In this document: positions 25,356 through 38,700 of the stretch, piece by piece | Numbering within the stretch: the stretch's first letter is position 1 | Layout of the letters: every line of letters begins with the position of its first letter | Assembly: GCF_006345805.1 (NCBI RefSeq) | Contig: NC_043026.1 | Span: 14,859,579 to 14,923,578 of the forward strand | Length of the DNA: 64,000 bases | Origin: Octopus sinensis | Lineage: Eukaryota | Direction of reading: 5' to 3' | Position numbers and translations under genes: made by a program | Notes under the pieces: model-generated | What the model saw: the letters and a program-made list of their open reading frames with translations, nothing else | Database searches by the model: none | Told to the model about the DNA's origin: nothing

Positions 25356-25659
25356 TTGGAAATGGATCTCTAGATGACGAGGTGGACAATGCCACTGAAT
25401 CTGCTGACGATAATGATGTGTATATGTATAAATATATGTGTGTATATATGGTTGTGTGTGTGTGTATGCAAGTCTGCATAAATGTATGTGTTTGTGTATG
25501 TATATGTGTAAGGCTTAAAAAAGCCCTTATTGTTGGTTTCCTTGTCCTGTTTTTATTCTTTATGTGTACTGTATTTTTATTTATTTGTATTGCCTTTACG
25601 TCCTGTTCTTGTCTTTTTTTTTTTTTTTTTTTACCCCTCTGCAAAAGAATTTTATTTAA

Positions 25660-26191
25660 CCCTTTAGTGTTTGCATTATTCGGCCAAAATTAATCCCTTT
25701 TTATCCACATTGTTTCGAACTAATCATGCATTATCTTGTAGCTGAGAGATTCTGATGAGGTAGCTGTTAATTTTTAAAACGATATTGTAGGGTTGGTGTG
25801 AAAGACCAGATCTGGCCATTTTGAATATAAAACAGGCAGAATACTTTTGGCCGGATATGGCCAGTTTGAATGCTAAAGGGTAAAAAAATGATTTAAAAAG
25901 AAGGATTTACTACAGATGTATTCAGTAATAATGATTTTTTTCCAGTACAAATAAGCTTGTGCCTATTTAAGCCTTTAGTTTTTGCATTATTCTGCCAAAA
26001 TTAATCCTTTTTCATCCAAATTGCTTTGAACTAATCAGGCATTATCTTGGTGCTATGAGATTTTGATGAGGTAGCTGTTAATTTTTAAAACGATTTTGTA
26101 GGGTTGGTGTGAAAGACCAGATCTGGCCAGTTTGAACATAAAACAGGCAGAATACTTTTGGCCGGATATGGCCGGTTTAAATGCTAAAGGG
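25660..26191. mobile_element. Two adjacent ~221-bp piggyBac-like MITEs (25660-25880, 25971-26191)
   Basis: ttaa|ccctttag...atgctaaaggg|ttaa termini: TTAA flanks and CCC/GGG ends. Confidence 0.7.
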
Positions 26192-27043
26192 TTAATGCAT
26201 TTTGCAGGAAGGACTGCTTCGGCCGGATCGTGTTCTGCCCTTACCTTCGAAACACGCATTGAGTCGAACCAGGGGCAGCTGATGAAGGGGAATATTCCTT
26301 GTATTGTTTGTCTTGTACTCTGTTTTTTCGTTGTTAAAAAAAAGTCCGTTTCCTTGTTTGATTTTATGTTTTCGTCTCTCGTTGTGTTCTACGTTTATTT
26401 GTGGTGTCCTGTACTCATATATATATATATATATATATATGCATGTATATATACATATAGATGTAGGTATATACATATATGTATGTATGTATGCATATGT
26501 TTTATTTGTTAAATTGTTATTATATGTGTATGTATATGTTTGTCTGCACCCTGCCCTTATCCTTCTCCCGTTATTCACTTATGCATCCTGTAATCATTTT
26601 CTGTCCCCATATTCTATTCTTGTACCTTGAGGGGTCACTAACACCTCATCACTGTCATCTTTACCTCTTTTTCAAACCTTACCCTGATTATTCCCATCCA
26701 CCCTTAATGCAGGGCAGCCAGGTATCTTCTCTACAGCAACAGACCTATTCCTGGCCTATCCTTCATTACTTTAATCCCACATCGCTCTAGCATGGGGCCA
26801 CCTTTCTCCCTATTGTGAAACCAATCTGTTGAGGGGATACAAGGCAATGTCACTAGGGCCAGTGCCATGTTAGGTGCACCCAATGCACTCTGTAAAGTGG
26901 TTGGCATTAACGGGGGTAAGTCAGAGGGTGCTCATTTTATTGATCCTGAAAACAAAAAGCAAAGTTGATATCTTAGGATCAATAAAATAATAATAATGAT
27001 AATAAATCTCAGAGCGAGTTATAAACAGTAGCTACAACACAGC

Positions 27044-27422
27044 GTGATGTATATTTGCCATTTAAATATGGCTAACCCCTAAGGGTGGATGCTACTGTTG
27101 TTTGTAGCCCCAGGAGGACATCTCCTCCAGCTGGCTATAGACACACTTTCTGTGCCCTATCAGTATTTGCAAAGGGAAGCCATCCTTCCTGTCTCCAACT
27201 TATGATACACACAGACTCGAGTTTCTGGGTATTGACCCGAAAAACTCGAGTCTGTGTGTATCATAAGTTGAAGACGGGAAGGATAGCTTCCCTTTGCAAA
27301 TACTGATAGGGCACAGAAAGTGTGTCTATAGCCAGCTGGAGGAGATGTCCTCCTGGGGCTACAAACAACAGTAGCATCCACCCTTAGGGGTTAGCCATAT
27401 TTAAATGGCAAATATACGTCAC
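27044..27422. repeat. Near-perfect 379-bp palindrome centred on a hammerhead stem II
   Basis: Arms are reverse complements. Centre is gggt-attg-accc, followed by GAAA(AA)-ctcgag-TC on each strand. Confidence 0.9.
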
Positions 27423-27789
27423 AAATAATAATGATGATACGGGGAAAGAGAGAGAGTGACGAGGAGAAAGCTGATGTGGGTGGGTAGGGTTTTATAAAAG
27501 TGCAAGGCAGATGGGGTGAGGAGGGAGATACGGTAGTGGAGGCGGGATAATTTGGTCGCATAGGTGGGAGATGAATGTGAAGTACAGGTGGACAGAACTG
27601 TGTTAATGAAGAAGGATGTATATCATGTGAAATGGTTCCAGATAGTGAGAAAGATAAATGGTGTCCGAGAGAAGGTGGAGACGTCTGCAGTTTTGCTCAC
27701 AATAAATTAAAGCACACCAGAGATGTATGTATGGATGTGAATGTGTGTATATATTCATACATACATACATATATATATATATAATATAT

Positions 27790-27825
<36 letters not shown>

Positions 27826-28235
27826 GGCGCAGGAGTGGCTGTGTGGTAAGTAGCTTGCTTACCAACCACATGGTTCCGGGTTCAGTCCCACTGCGTGGCA
27901 TCTTGGGCAAGTGTCTTCTGCTATAGCCCCGGGCCGACCAATGCCTTGTGAGTGGATTTGGTAGACGGAAACTGAAAGAAGCCCGTCGTATATATGTATT
28001 TATATATATATGTGCGTATATGTTTGTGTGTCTATGTTTGTGCCCCCACCATCACTTGACAACCGATGCTGGTATGTTTACGTACCCGTAACTTAGCGGT
28101 TCGGCAAAAGAGATTGATAGAGTAAGTACTAGGCTTACAAAGAATAAGTCCTGGGGTCGATTTACTCAACTAAAAAAGGCGGTGCTCCAGCATGGCCGCA
28201 GTCAACTGCCTGAAACAAGTAAAAGAGTAAGAGAG
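27826..28235 (+). mobile_element. SINE family A, full length
   Basis: Consensus head and tail. Confidence 0.85.
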
Positions 28236-28589
28236 TATGTAGAGATATATGCATGTATGTACATAAACACGTATACATATTTATACATATATAAACACAC
28301 ACACACACACACACATATATATATGTGCATCCAAATTTATACATACGCGTGTGCAGAGTGTTGTATATATATATAATATAAAAGTATTCTTCTATATTCG
28401 TTATTTACTAATTAAAAATATTTTTGTAAATTATCAATGTCTTTCTTATTATTAATGTAATTAAAGCTCGTTTGCCTTCCCGGGTTATTAACAAAAGCAA
28501 CAACAAAAGACTGGGTTCAACAGCATCGGATAAGCCTGACCCCACTCACAACCATTGGTCTTTTGCCTTAATTAAGGGCTATTGTTATT

Positions 28590-29460
28590 CATCATCATCA
28601 TCATCATTGTCTAGCGTCCGCTTTCCATGCTAGCATGGGTTGGACGGTTTAGCTGGGGTCTGGGAAGCCAGAAGGCTGCACCAGGCCCAGTCTGATCTGG
28701 CAGTGTTTCTACGGCTGGATGCCCTTCCTAACGCCAACCACTCCGTGAGTGTAGTGGGTGCTTTTTACGTGCCACCGGCACGGAGGCCAGGCCAGGCTGG
28801 CAACGGCCACGATCGAATTGGTGCTTTTTACATGCCACCGGCACGGAAGCCAGTCTATGCGGCGCTGGCATCGGCCACGTTTGGATGGTACTTTTACGTG
28901 CCACCGGCACAGGAGCCAGTCAAGACGGTGCTGGCATTGGCCACGATCGGATGGTGCTTTTTACGTGCCACCGGCATGGAAGCCAGTCAAGGCAGCGCTG
29001 GCATCAGCCACGATCGAATTGGTGCTTTTTACGTGCCACCGGCACAGAAGCCAGTCTAGGCGGCGCTGGCATCGGCCATGTTTGAATGATGCTTTTTACA
29101 TGCCACCGGCACAGAAGCCAGTCAAGGTGGCGCTGGCAACGGCCACTTTCGGATGGTGCTTTTTATGTGCCACCGGCACGGAAGCCATTCTAGGCAGCGC
29201 TGGCATCGGCCACGTTCGGATGGTGCTTTTTACATGCCACCGGCACAGAAGCCAGTCAAGGTGGCGCTGGCAACGGCCACTTTCGTATGGTGCTTTTTAT
29301 GTGCCACCGGCACGGAAGCCATTCTAGGCAGCGCTGGCATCGGCCACGTTCGGATGGTGCTTTTTACATGCCACCGGCACAGGTTTCACAACTGCAGTTT
29401 CCATTGATTTTTGATGTTGGTGTCCTTAACTCAATGAATCTCCTCAAGCACAGGGTCAAA
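28590..29460 (-). mobile_element. SINE family D containing a 67-bp minisatellite (10 units, 28757-29382)
   Basis: ggtgctttttacgtgccaccggcac recurring about every 67 bp. Confidence 0.8.
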
Positions 29461-30082
29461 ACAGTGTTGTGTATATATTTATATATGTACATATGGAAGG
29501 AAATTGGTCGATGCTGGTGGAATGTGAAAAAGCTTCTTTTGAGTGTTGGGCCCCACAGAGGCAATGACAAATGACCAAGACCATAGGCATTATGTTGTGC
29601 TTGAGAAGGAGACCCTTCAAGCCAAGTAAAATCACAGTTGTGCCAGAAAGTGGGGTCCATCAAAAGGCACCCATCCCAGTGGCACATAAAAGCATAACAC
29701 TCTTGCAGTGGTTGGCATTAGGAAGGGCATCAAGTTGAAGAAATCCATGCCAAATCAGACTGGAGTCTGGTGTGGCATTCCAGCCTTGCCAGCCCTGGTC
29801 TAACTGTCTAACCCATGCCAGCATGGACAACAGACGTTAAGTGATTATGATGATGATGATGACATTGAAGCCCTTCTGGTAATCAATGGAAGGGGTACTC
29901 ACCAGAAAAGGGCCACTTGGAAGGCTGCCAAGATGACAAGAAGAGAAATTAGTCAACCGTTCGGATCAAGACGGAAAAGAACGGTGCAATCAAGACAGAA
30001 CTGGAAGTGTATTGTGACCAGCAGGGTATAACAGCATCTGATGGCCTGGTCGATACTCAGATACATTGATATACAGATATGG

Positions 30083-30115
<33 letters not shown>

Positions 30116-30117
<2 letters not shown>

Positions 30118-30409
30118 CGTGACCGACCAGGCTCTCAGATGTTGCTACACACCGCTGGTCACAATGCACTTCACATCGTTTTAGCCTTCAAATGACGCCA
30201 CTTCACAGACTAAGCGAGCAGGCCAACAGACGAAAGAGTGGGAGAAAGAGGGGTGAAAGAGTACAGCAGGGATCACCACCCACTGCAGGAGCCTCGTGGA
30301 GCTTTAGGTGTTTTCGCTCAATAAACACTCACAATGCCTGGTCTGGGAATTGAAACCGCGATCCTACGACCACGAGTCCGCTGCCCTAACCACTGGGCCA
30401 TTGCACCTC

Positions 30410-30412
<3 letters not shown>
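30116..30412 (-). mobile_element. SINE family B variant
   Basis: Same structure as 10950-11245. Confidence 0.75.
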
Positions 30413-30450
<38 letters not shown>

Positions 30451-30544
30451 CTGGTTGATACTCTGATTCATTGATATACAGATATGGATACATACATACA
30501 TATATATATATATCACCGTGACCGACCAGGCTCTCAGATGTTTG

Positions 30545-30943
30545 ACCTTAGCAACAAAGACCAAACATTCACTGTATCTAAATGCAATGATAGCCGCAGT
30601 GGCACATGCCAATTCATACATACCAGCCAATATATAAACACAAAAACCGGGAAAATATTCACAAATGCGAATATGAACTGCAAAAGCAGGAATTTAATTT
30701 ACTGCATCAAATGCCCAAATTGTGAAGAAATATGTAGGTCAGATGGGAAATGCACTATCAGAACGCTCACGTGTACACCGGCAACAGATTAGAGACGCAG
30801 AGGTCCGTCAGATACCTTTGAGTAACCACCTAGCAACATGTGGTCAGAAAATATATATAATATTTCCATTCTACAAATTACAAAGCCCAAGTGAAATCGA
30901 GAGGAAAATCAGAGAAAAGAATTTTATTGATAAATTCAGCTAA
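30545..30943 (+). mobile_element. Penelope-like element GIY-YIG endonuclease remnant (frameshifted)
   Basis: TCQFI...NCKSRNLIYCIKCPNC / KKYVGQ...LSERSRVHRQQI...NH...RE.NFI. LIY-YVG motif with a CxxC insert; frameshift near 30725. Confidence 0.85.
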
Positions 30944-31386
30944 ATAAGCAATAACAATAATACTTAGATAGCAGGAAAATGATCTTATTTTGGATTAAAA
31001 GTTCTATTGCCACCACCATCACCACTAGCAACAATAATTAAGGTGCTGACAATGATGATGATGATGATGATGACAATTGAAATATAAAAATATAAAAATC
31101 TCTGACAAAGGCTATTTACAACATTTCTAAAAATAGCCCAACAATTGCTGCCTCGGCCAGGGTCAAGATACAGGACTCTTGACATGTTCAACAAAGCGTG
31201 ACACCTAAACCAATCAGCTCAACCAACCAATCAGCTTAAGTAATTGAGTGATACTACACACTGATTGGTCAGAATACAGTTTGCAAAACCTAGCTATCTG
31301 GAGCCTACACCGCTGTATTTAAGGCACAGATTCAATCATCTCGCTACAGTCAAAAATTGTGAAGCATGACTGTCACCACTACTACA

Positions 31387-31431
31387 TGAACCTGAAGATT
31401 GCAGAATTTAATGCATGAAAGTACTAGTTCA
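31387..31431 (+). ncRNA. Minimal type I hammerhead in PLE pseudo-LTR
   Basis: tgaac-CTGAAGA-ttgca-gaatttaa-tgcat-GAAA-gtac-TA-gttca, about 450 bp downstream of the GIY-YIG ORF on the same strand. Confidence 0.8.
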
Positions 31432-31588
31432 ATCAGAATGAACATTTAACATTCTATTATTTTATTTTATTTTATTATATTATATTATCTTATATCATTA
31501 TAAGATTGTAAATAAAGCATGAAAATCAGACAAGGCTGGAATTCCTTTTATTAATATATTCTTCTATACACAATCACACACATCCGTA

Positions 31589-31627
<39 letters not shown>

Positions 31628-31654
31628 ATGTGTGTGTGTATACATGTATGAATG

Positions 31655-31695
<41 letters not shown>

Positions 31696-31774
31696 AATAT
31701 TAGGGAATAAATCCAAACTTACAGGGAAAAATCAGATTTAGGATTGAATCCAATTTATAGTAAAATATTATATC

Positions 31775-32110
31775 ATATTAAATTAGAGACAAAACCACTA
31801 TTATGCAAATCAAACAAAGAAAGTCTTAATCCAATACATAAATTAATTATATAATTTAGAAATTTAACAATTATTAATATCCACTACGATCGTTTCATGT
31901 CTTCTTTTCATCACATCTTTATATTGAGTCTGATTTGAAACCACCTGAAGAATGTCTAATACTCAAAGATGTGATGAAAAGAAGACATGAAACGATCGTA
32001 GTGGATATTAATAATTGTTAAATTTCTAAATTATATAATTAATTTATGTATTGGCTTAAGTCTTTCATTGTTTGATTTGCCTAATAGTGGTTTTGTCTCT
32101 AATTTAATAT
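31775..32110. repeat. Inverted repeat (~146-bp arms) of a PLE terminal sequence
   Basis: 31775-31920 is the near-exact reverse complement of 31965-32110. Related to 15090-15220 and 8580-8700. Confidence 0.85.
31941..32004 (+). ncRNA. Type I hammerhead ribozyme
   Basis: ccac-CTGAAGA-atgtct-(loop)-agacat-GAAA-cgatcg-TA-gtgg. Confidence 0.8.
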
Positions 32111-32255
32111 AATATATATATATAAATATGTATATCTACACATGTATGTGTATGTATATGTATGCATGTTTATGCACACACATAGATATATGTATGTGTG
32201 TGTGTGTGTATATATGTATGTATATATACATGTATGTGTGTGTATATATGTGTAT

Positions 32256-32306
<51 letters not shown>

Positions 32307-32647
32307 GCTAGCATGTGCAAGTGTGTGTCTTTGTGTTGCTTTCCCATCGCTGCTTAAGAACCAGTGTTGGTTTGTTTGCTTTCCTGTCACCAGTTTAGCA
32401 AGAAAGGATAAACTAAGTGCCAATTGACTTGTTTGACTTAAAACCTTTGAAGATGTTGCTCCAGCATGGCCACAGTCGAATGACTGAAACAAGTAAAAGA
32501 CAGCCGTTATGTCATGTATGTGTGTATGTTTATGTATCTGTGTGTGTATTTGTGTTTGTATCCCAACACCATTTGATGACCTATGCTGGTTTGTTTGCAT
32601 TCACCTAACTTTGAGATTTGGCAATAAAATAGAAAAAAAAGAAAAAA

Positions 32648-32731
32648 GTGGCTGTGTGGTAAGAAGCTTGCTTACCAACAACATGGTTCTGGGTTCAATC
32701 CCACTGCGTGGCACCTTGGGCAAGTATCTTT
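32648..32731 (+). mobile_element. SINE family A head, interrupted (continues at 46489-46560 and 47165-47372)
   Basis: ...ccttgggcaagtatctt | insertion | gtatcttctactatagcctcgggccgacc... Confidence 0.85.
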
Positions 32732-35700
32732 AGGTCTTTTTGGTTTGAACGGCAGTTTTTAAAAAAAATTTAAAACTTCGTATACTGGTAGAATGTGTTT
32801 ATAAAACATCTTTTTCTCTTGGCTTTATTGAGAAAATTCTATAGTTTGTAAGATATGGATCTTTTCGGTTTGAACGGCAGTTTTTAACATAATTTCTAGG
32901 TAACTAAAAAATTTAAAACTTCGTATACTGGTAGAATGTGTTTATAAAACATCTTTTTCTCTTGGCTTTATTGAGAAAATTCTATAGTTTCTAAGATATG
33001 GATCTTTTCGGTTTGAACGGCAGTTTTTAACATAATTTCTAGGTAACTAAAAAATTTAAAACTTCGTATACTGGTAGAATGTGTTTATAAAACATCTTTT
33101 TCTCTTGGCTTTATTGAGAAAATTCTATAGTTTCTAAGATATGGATCTTTTCGGTTTGAACGGCAGTTTTTAACATAATTTCTAGGTAACTAAAAGATTT
33201 TAAACTTTGTATACTGGTAGAATGTGTTTATAAAACATCTTTTTCTCTTGGCTTTATTGAGAAAATTCTATAGTTTGTAAGATATGGATGTTTTCGGTTT
33301 CAACGGCACTTTTTAACATAATTTCTAGGTAACTAAAAAATGTTAAACTTCGTATACTGGTAGAATGTGTTTATAAAACATCTTTTTCTCTTGGCTTTAT
33401 TGAGAAAATTCTATAGTTTCTAAGATATGAATCTTTTCGGTTTGAACGGCAGTTTTTAACATAATTTCTAGGTAACTAAACACTTTTAGACTTCGTATAC
33501 TGGTAGATGTGTTACATAAAACATCTTTTTCTCTTGGCTTTATTGAGAAAATTCTATGGTTTGTAAGATATGGATCTTTTCGGTTTGAACGGCAGTTTTT
33601 AACATAATTTCTAGGTAACTAAACACTTTAAACTTCGTATACTGGTAGAATGTTGTTTAAAAACATCTTTTTCTCTTGGCTTTATTGAGAAAATTCTATA
33701 GTTTCTAAGATATGGATCTTTTCGGTTTGAACGGCAGTTTTTTAACATAATTTCTAGGTAACTAAACAATTTTAAACTTCGTATACTGGTAGAATGTGTT
33801 TATAAACATCTTTTTCTCTTGGCTTTATTGAGAAAATTCTATGGTTTGTAAGATGGATCTTTTCGGTTTGAACGGCAGTTTTTAACATAATTTCTAGGTA
33901 ACTAAAAACAATTTTAAACTTCGTATACTGGTAGAATGTGTTTATAAAACATCTTTTTCTCTTGGCTTTATTGAGAAAATTCTATAGTTTCTAAGATATG
34001 GATCTTTTCGGTTTGAACGGCAGTTTTTAACATAATTTCTAGGTAACTAAAAAATTTAAAACTTCGTATACTGGTAGAATGTGTTTATAAAACATCTTTT
34101 TCTCTTGGCTTTATTGAGAAAATTCTATAGTTTGTAAGATATGGATCTTTTCGGTTTGAACGGCAGTTTTTAACATAATTTCTAGGTAACTAAAAAATTT
34201 AAAACTTCGTATACTGGTAGAATGTGTTTATAAAACATCTTTTTCTCTTGGCTTTATTGAGAAAATTCTATAGTTTCTAAGATATGGATCTTTTCGGTTT
34301 GAACGGCAGTTTTTTAACATAATTTCTAGGTAACTAAAAGATTTTAAACTTTGTATACTGGTAGAATGTGTTTATAAAACATCTTTTTCTCTTGGCTTTA
34401 TTGAGAAAATTCTATAGTTTGTAAGATATGGATCTTTTCGGTTTGAACGGCACTTTTTAACATAATTCTAGGTAACTAAAAAATGTTAAACTTCGTATAC
34501 TGGTAGAATGTGTTTATAAAACATCTTTTTCTCTTGGCTTATTGAGAAAATTCTATAGTTTCTAAGATATGAATCTTTTCGGTTTGAACGGCAGTTTTTA
34601 ACATAATTTCTAGGTAACTAAACACTTTTAGACTTCGTATACTGGTAGAATGTGTTACATAAAACATCTTTTTCTCTTGGCTTTATTGAGAAAATTCTAT
34701 GGTTTGTAAGATATGGATCTTTTCGGTTTGAACGGCAGTTTTTAACATAATTTCTAGGTAACTAAACACTTTTAAACTTCGTATACTGGTAGAATGTCTT
34801 TATAAAACATCTTTTTCTCTTGGCTATTTGAGAAAATTCTATAGTTTCTAAGATATGGATCTTTTCGGTTTGAACGGCAGTTTTTAACATAATTTCTAGG
34901 TAACTAAACAATTTTAAACTTCGTATACTGGTAGAATGTGTTTATAAAACATCTTTTTCTCTTGGCTTATTGAGAAAATTCTATGGTTTGTAAGATATGG
35001 ATCTTTTCGGTTTGAACGGCAGTTTTTAACATAATTTCTAGGAAACTAAACAATTTTAAACTTCGTATACTGGTAGTAGAATGTGTTTATAAAACATCTT
35101 TTTCTCTTGGCTTTATTGAGAAAATTCTATAGTTTCTAAGATATGGATCTTTTCGGTTTGAACGGCAGTTTTTAACATAATTTCTAGGTAACTAAAAGAT
35201 TTTAAACTTCGTATACTGGTAGAATGTGTTTATAAAACATCTTTTTCTCTTGGCTTTATTGAGAAAATTCTATAGTTTCTAAGATATGGATCTTTTCGGT
35301 TTGAACGGCAGTTTTTAACATAATTTCTAGGTAACTAAACAATTTTAAACTTCGTATACTGGTAGAATGTGTTTATAAAACATCTTTTTCTCTTGGCTTT
35401 ATTGAGAAAATTCTATAGTTTGTAAGATATGGATCTTTTCGGTTTGAACGGCAGTTTTTAACATAATTTCTAGGTAACTAAACAATTTTAAGCTTCGTAT
35501 ACTGGTAGAATGTGTTTATAAAACATCTTTTTCTCTTGGCTTTATTGAGAAAATTCTATAGTTTCTAAGATATGGATCTTTTCGGTTTGAACGGCAGTTT
35601 TTAACATAATTTCTAGGTAACTAAACAATTTTAAACTTCGTATACTGGTAGAAAGTGTTTATAAAACATCTTTTTCTCTTGGCTTTATTGAGAAAATTCT

Positions 35701-38700
35701 ATAGTTGTAAGATTATGGATCTTTTCGGTTTGAACGGCAGTTTTTAACATAATTTCTAGGTAACTAAACACTTTTAAACTTCGTATACCGGTAGAAAGTG
35801 TTTATAAAACATCTTTTTCTCTTGGCTTGAGAAAAATTCTATAGTTGTAAGATATGGATCTTTTCGGTTTGAACGGCAGTTTTTAACATAATTTCTAGGT
35901 AACTAAACACTTTTAAACTTCGTATACCGGTAGAAAGTGTTTATAAAACATCTTTTCTCTTGGCTTTATTGAGAAAATTCTATAGTTTGTAAGATATGGA
36001 TCTTTTCGGTTTGAACGGCAGTTTTTAACATAATTTTAGGTAACTAAACACTTTTAAACTTCGTATACCGGTAGAAAGTGTTTATAAAACATCTTTTTCT
36101 CTTGGCTTTATTGAGAAAATTCTATAGTTTGTAAGATATGGATCTTTTCGGTTTGAACGGCAGTTTTTAACATAATTTCTAGGTAACTAAAAAATTTAAA
36201 ACTTCGTATACTGGTAGAATGTGTTTATAAAAACATCTTTTCTCTTTGCTTTATTGAGAAAATTCTATAGTTTCTAAGATATGGATCTTTTCGGTTTGAA
36301 CGGCAGTTTTTAACATAATTTCTAGGTAACTAAAAATTTAAAACTTCGTATACTGGTAGAATGTGTTTATAAAACATCTTTTTCTCTTGGCTTTTGAGAA
36401 AAATTCTATAGTTTCTAAGATATGGATCTTTTCGGTTTGAACGGCAGTTTTTTAACATAATTTCTAGGTAACTAAAAGATTTTAAACTTTGTATACTGGT
36501 AGAATGTGTTTATAAAACATCTTTTTCTCTTGGCTTTATTGAGAAAATTCTATAGTTTGTAAGATATGGATCTTTTCGGTTTGAACGGCAGTTTTTAACA
36601 TAATTTCTAGGTAACTAAAAATGTTAAACTTCGTATACTGGTAGAATGTGTTTATATAACATCTTTTTCTCTTGGCTTTATTGAGAAAATTCTATAGTTT
36701 CTAAGATATGAATCTTTTCGGTTGAACGGCAGTTTTTAACATATTTCTAGGTAACTAAACACTTTTAGACTTCGTATACTGGTAGAATGTGTTACATAAA
36801 ACATCTTTTTCTCTTGGCTTTATTGAGAAATTCTATGGTTTGTAAGATATGGATCTTTTCGGTTTGAACGGCAGTTTTTTAACATAATTTCTAGGTAACT
36901 AAACACTTTTAAACTTCGTATACTGGTAGAATGTGTTTATAAAACATCTTTTTCTCTTGGCTTTATTGAGAAAATTCTATAGTTTCTAAGATATGGATCT
37001 TTTCGGTTTGAACGGCAGTTTTTACATAATTTCTAGGTAACTAAACAATTTTAAACTTCGTATACTGGTAGAATGTGTTTATAAAACATCTTTTTCTCTT
37101 GGCTTTATTGAGAAAATTCTATGGTTTGTAAGATATGGATCTTTTCGGTTTGAACGGCAGTTTTTAACATAATTTCTAGGTAACTAAACAATTTTAAACT
37201 TCGTATACTGGTAGAATGTGTTTATAAAACATCTTTTTCTCTTGGCTTTATTGAGAAAATTCTATAGTTTCTAAGATATGGATCTTTTCGGTTTGAACGG
37301 CAGTTTTTAACATAATTTCTAGGTAACTAAAAAATTTAAAACTTCGTATACTGGTAGAATGTGTTTAAAAACATCTTTTTCTATTGGCTTTATTGAGAAA
37401 ATTCTATAGTTTCTAAGATATGGATCTTTTCGGTTTGAACGGCAGTTTTTAACATAATTTCTAGGTAACTAAAAATTTAAAACTTCGTATACTGGTAGAA
37501 TGGTGTTTATAAAACATCTTTTTCTCTTGGCTTTATTGAGAAAATTCTATAGTTTCTAAGATATGGATCTTTTCGGTTTGAACGGCAGTTTTTTAACATA
37601 ATTTCTAGGTAACTAAAAGATTTTAAACTTTGTATACTGGTAGAATGTGTTTATAAAACATCTTTTTCTCTTGGCTTTATTGAGAAAATTCTATAGTTTG
37701 TAAGATATGGATCTTTTCGGTTTGAACGGCACTTTTTAACATAATTTCTAGGTAACTAAAAAATGTTAAACTTCGTATACTGGTAGAATGTGTTTATAAA
37801 ACATCTTTTTCTCTTGGCTTTATTGAGAAAATTCTATAGTTTCTAAGATATGAATCTTTTCGGTTTGAACGGCAGTTTTTAACATAATTTCTAGGTAACT
37901 AAACACTTTTAGACTTCGTATACTGGTAGAATGTGTTACATAAAACATCTTTTTCTCTTGGCTTTATTGAGAAAATTCTATAGTTTGTAAGATATGGATC
38001 TTTTCGGTTTGAACGGCAGTTTTTAACATAATTTCTAGGTAACTAAACACTTTTAAACTTCGTATACTGGTAGAATGTGTTTATAAAACATCTTTTTCTC
38101 TTGGCTTTATTGAGAAAATTCTATGGTTTGTAAGATATGGATCTTTTCGGTTTGAACGGCAGTTTTTAACATAATTTCTAGGTAACTAAACAATTTTAAA
38201 CTTCGTATACTGGTAGAATGTGTTTATAAAACATCTTTTTCTCTTGGCTTTATTGAGAAAATTCTATAGTTTCTAAGATATGGATCTTTTCGGTTTGAAC
38301 GGCAGTTTTTAACATAATTTCTAGGTAACTAAAAGATTTTAAACTTCGTATACTGGTAGAATGTGTTTATAAAACATCTTTTTCTCTGGCTTTATTGAGA
38401 AAATTCTATAGTTTCTAAGATATGGATCTTTTCGGTTTGAACGGCAGTTTTTTAACATAATTTCTAGGTAACTAAACAATTTTAAACTTCGTATACTGGT
38501 AGAATGTGTTTATAAAACATCTTTTTCTCTTGGCTTTATTGAGAAAATTCTATAGTTTGTAAGATATGGATCTTTTCGGTTTGAACGGCAGTTTTTAACA
38601 TAATTTCTAGGTAACTAAACAATTTTAAGCTTCGTATACTGGTAGAATGTGTTTATAAAACATCTTTTTCTCTTGGCTTTATTGAGAAAATTCTATAGTT

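Noticed and set aside
26205-26300. GAAA...TC and CTGATGA motifs near each other
   Set aside because: Order and pairing do not give a complete hammerhead; probably a degenerate PLE end.
28640-29574. Repetitive ORFs (CHRH / YVPPA) and CRISPR-like palindromic repeats
   Set aside because: Translations of a 67-bp minisatellite; the intervening parts are homologous to each other, not unique spacers.
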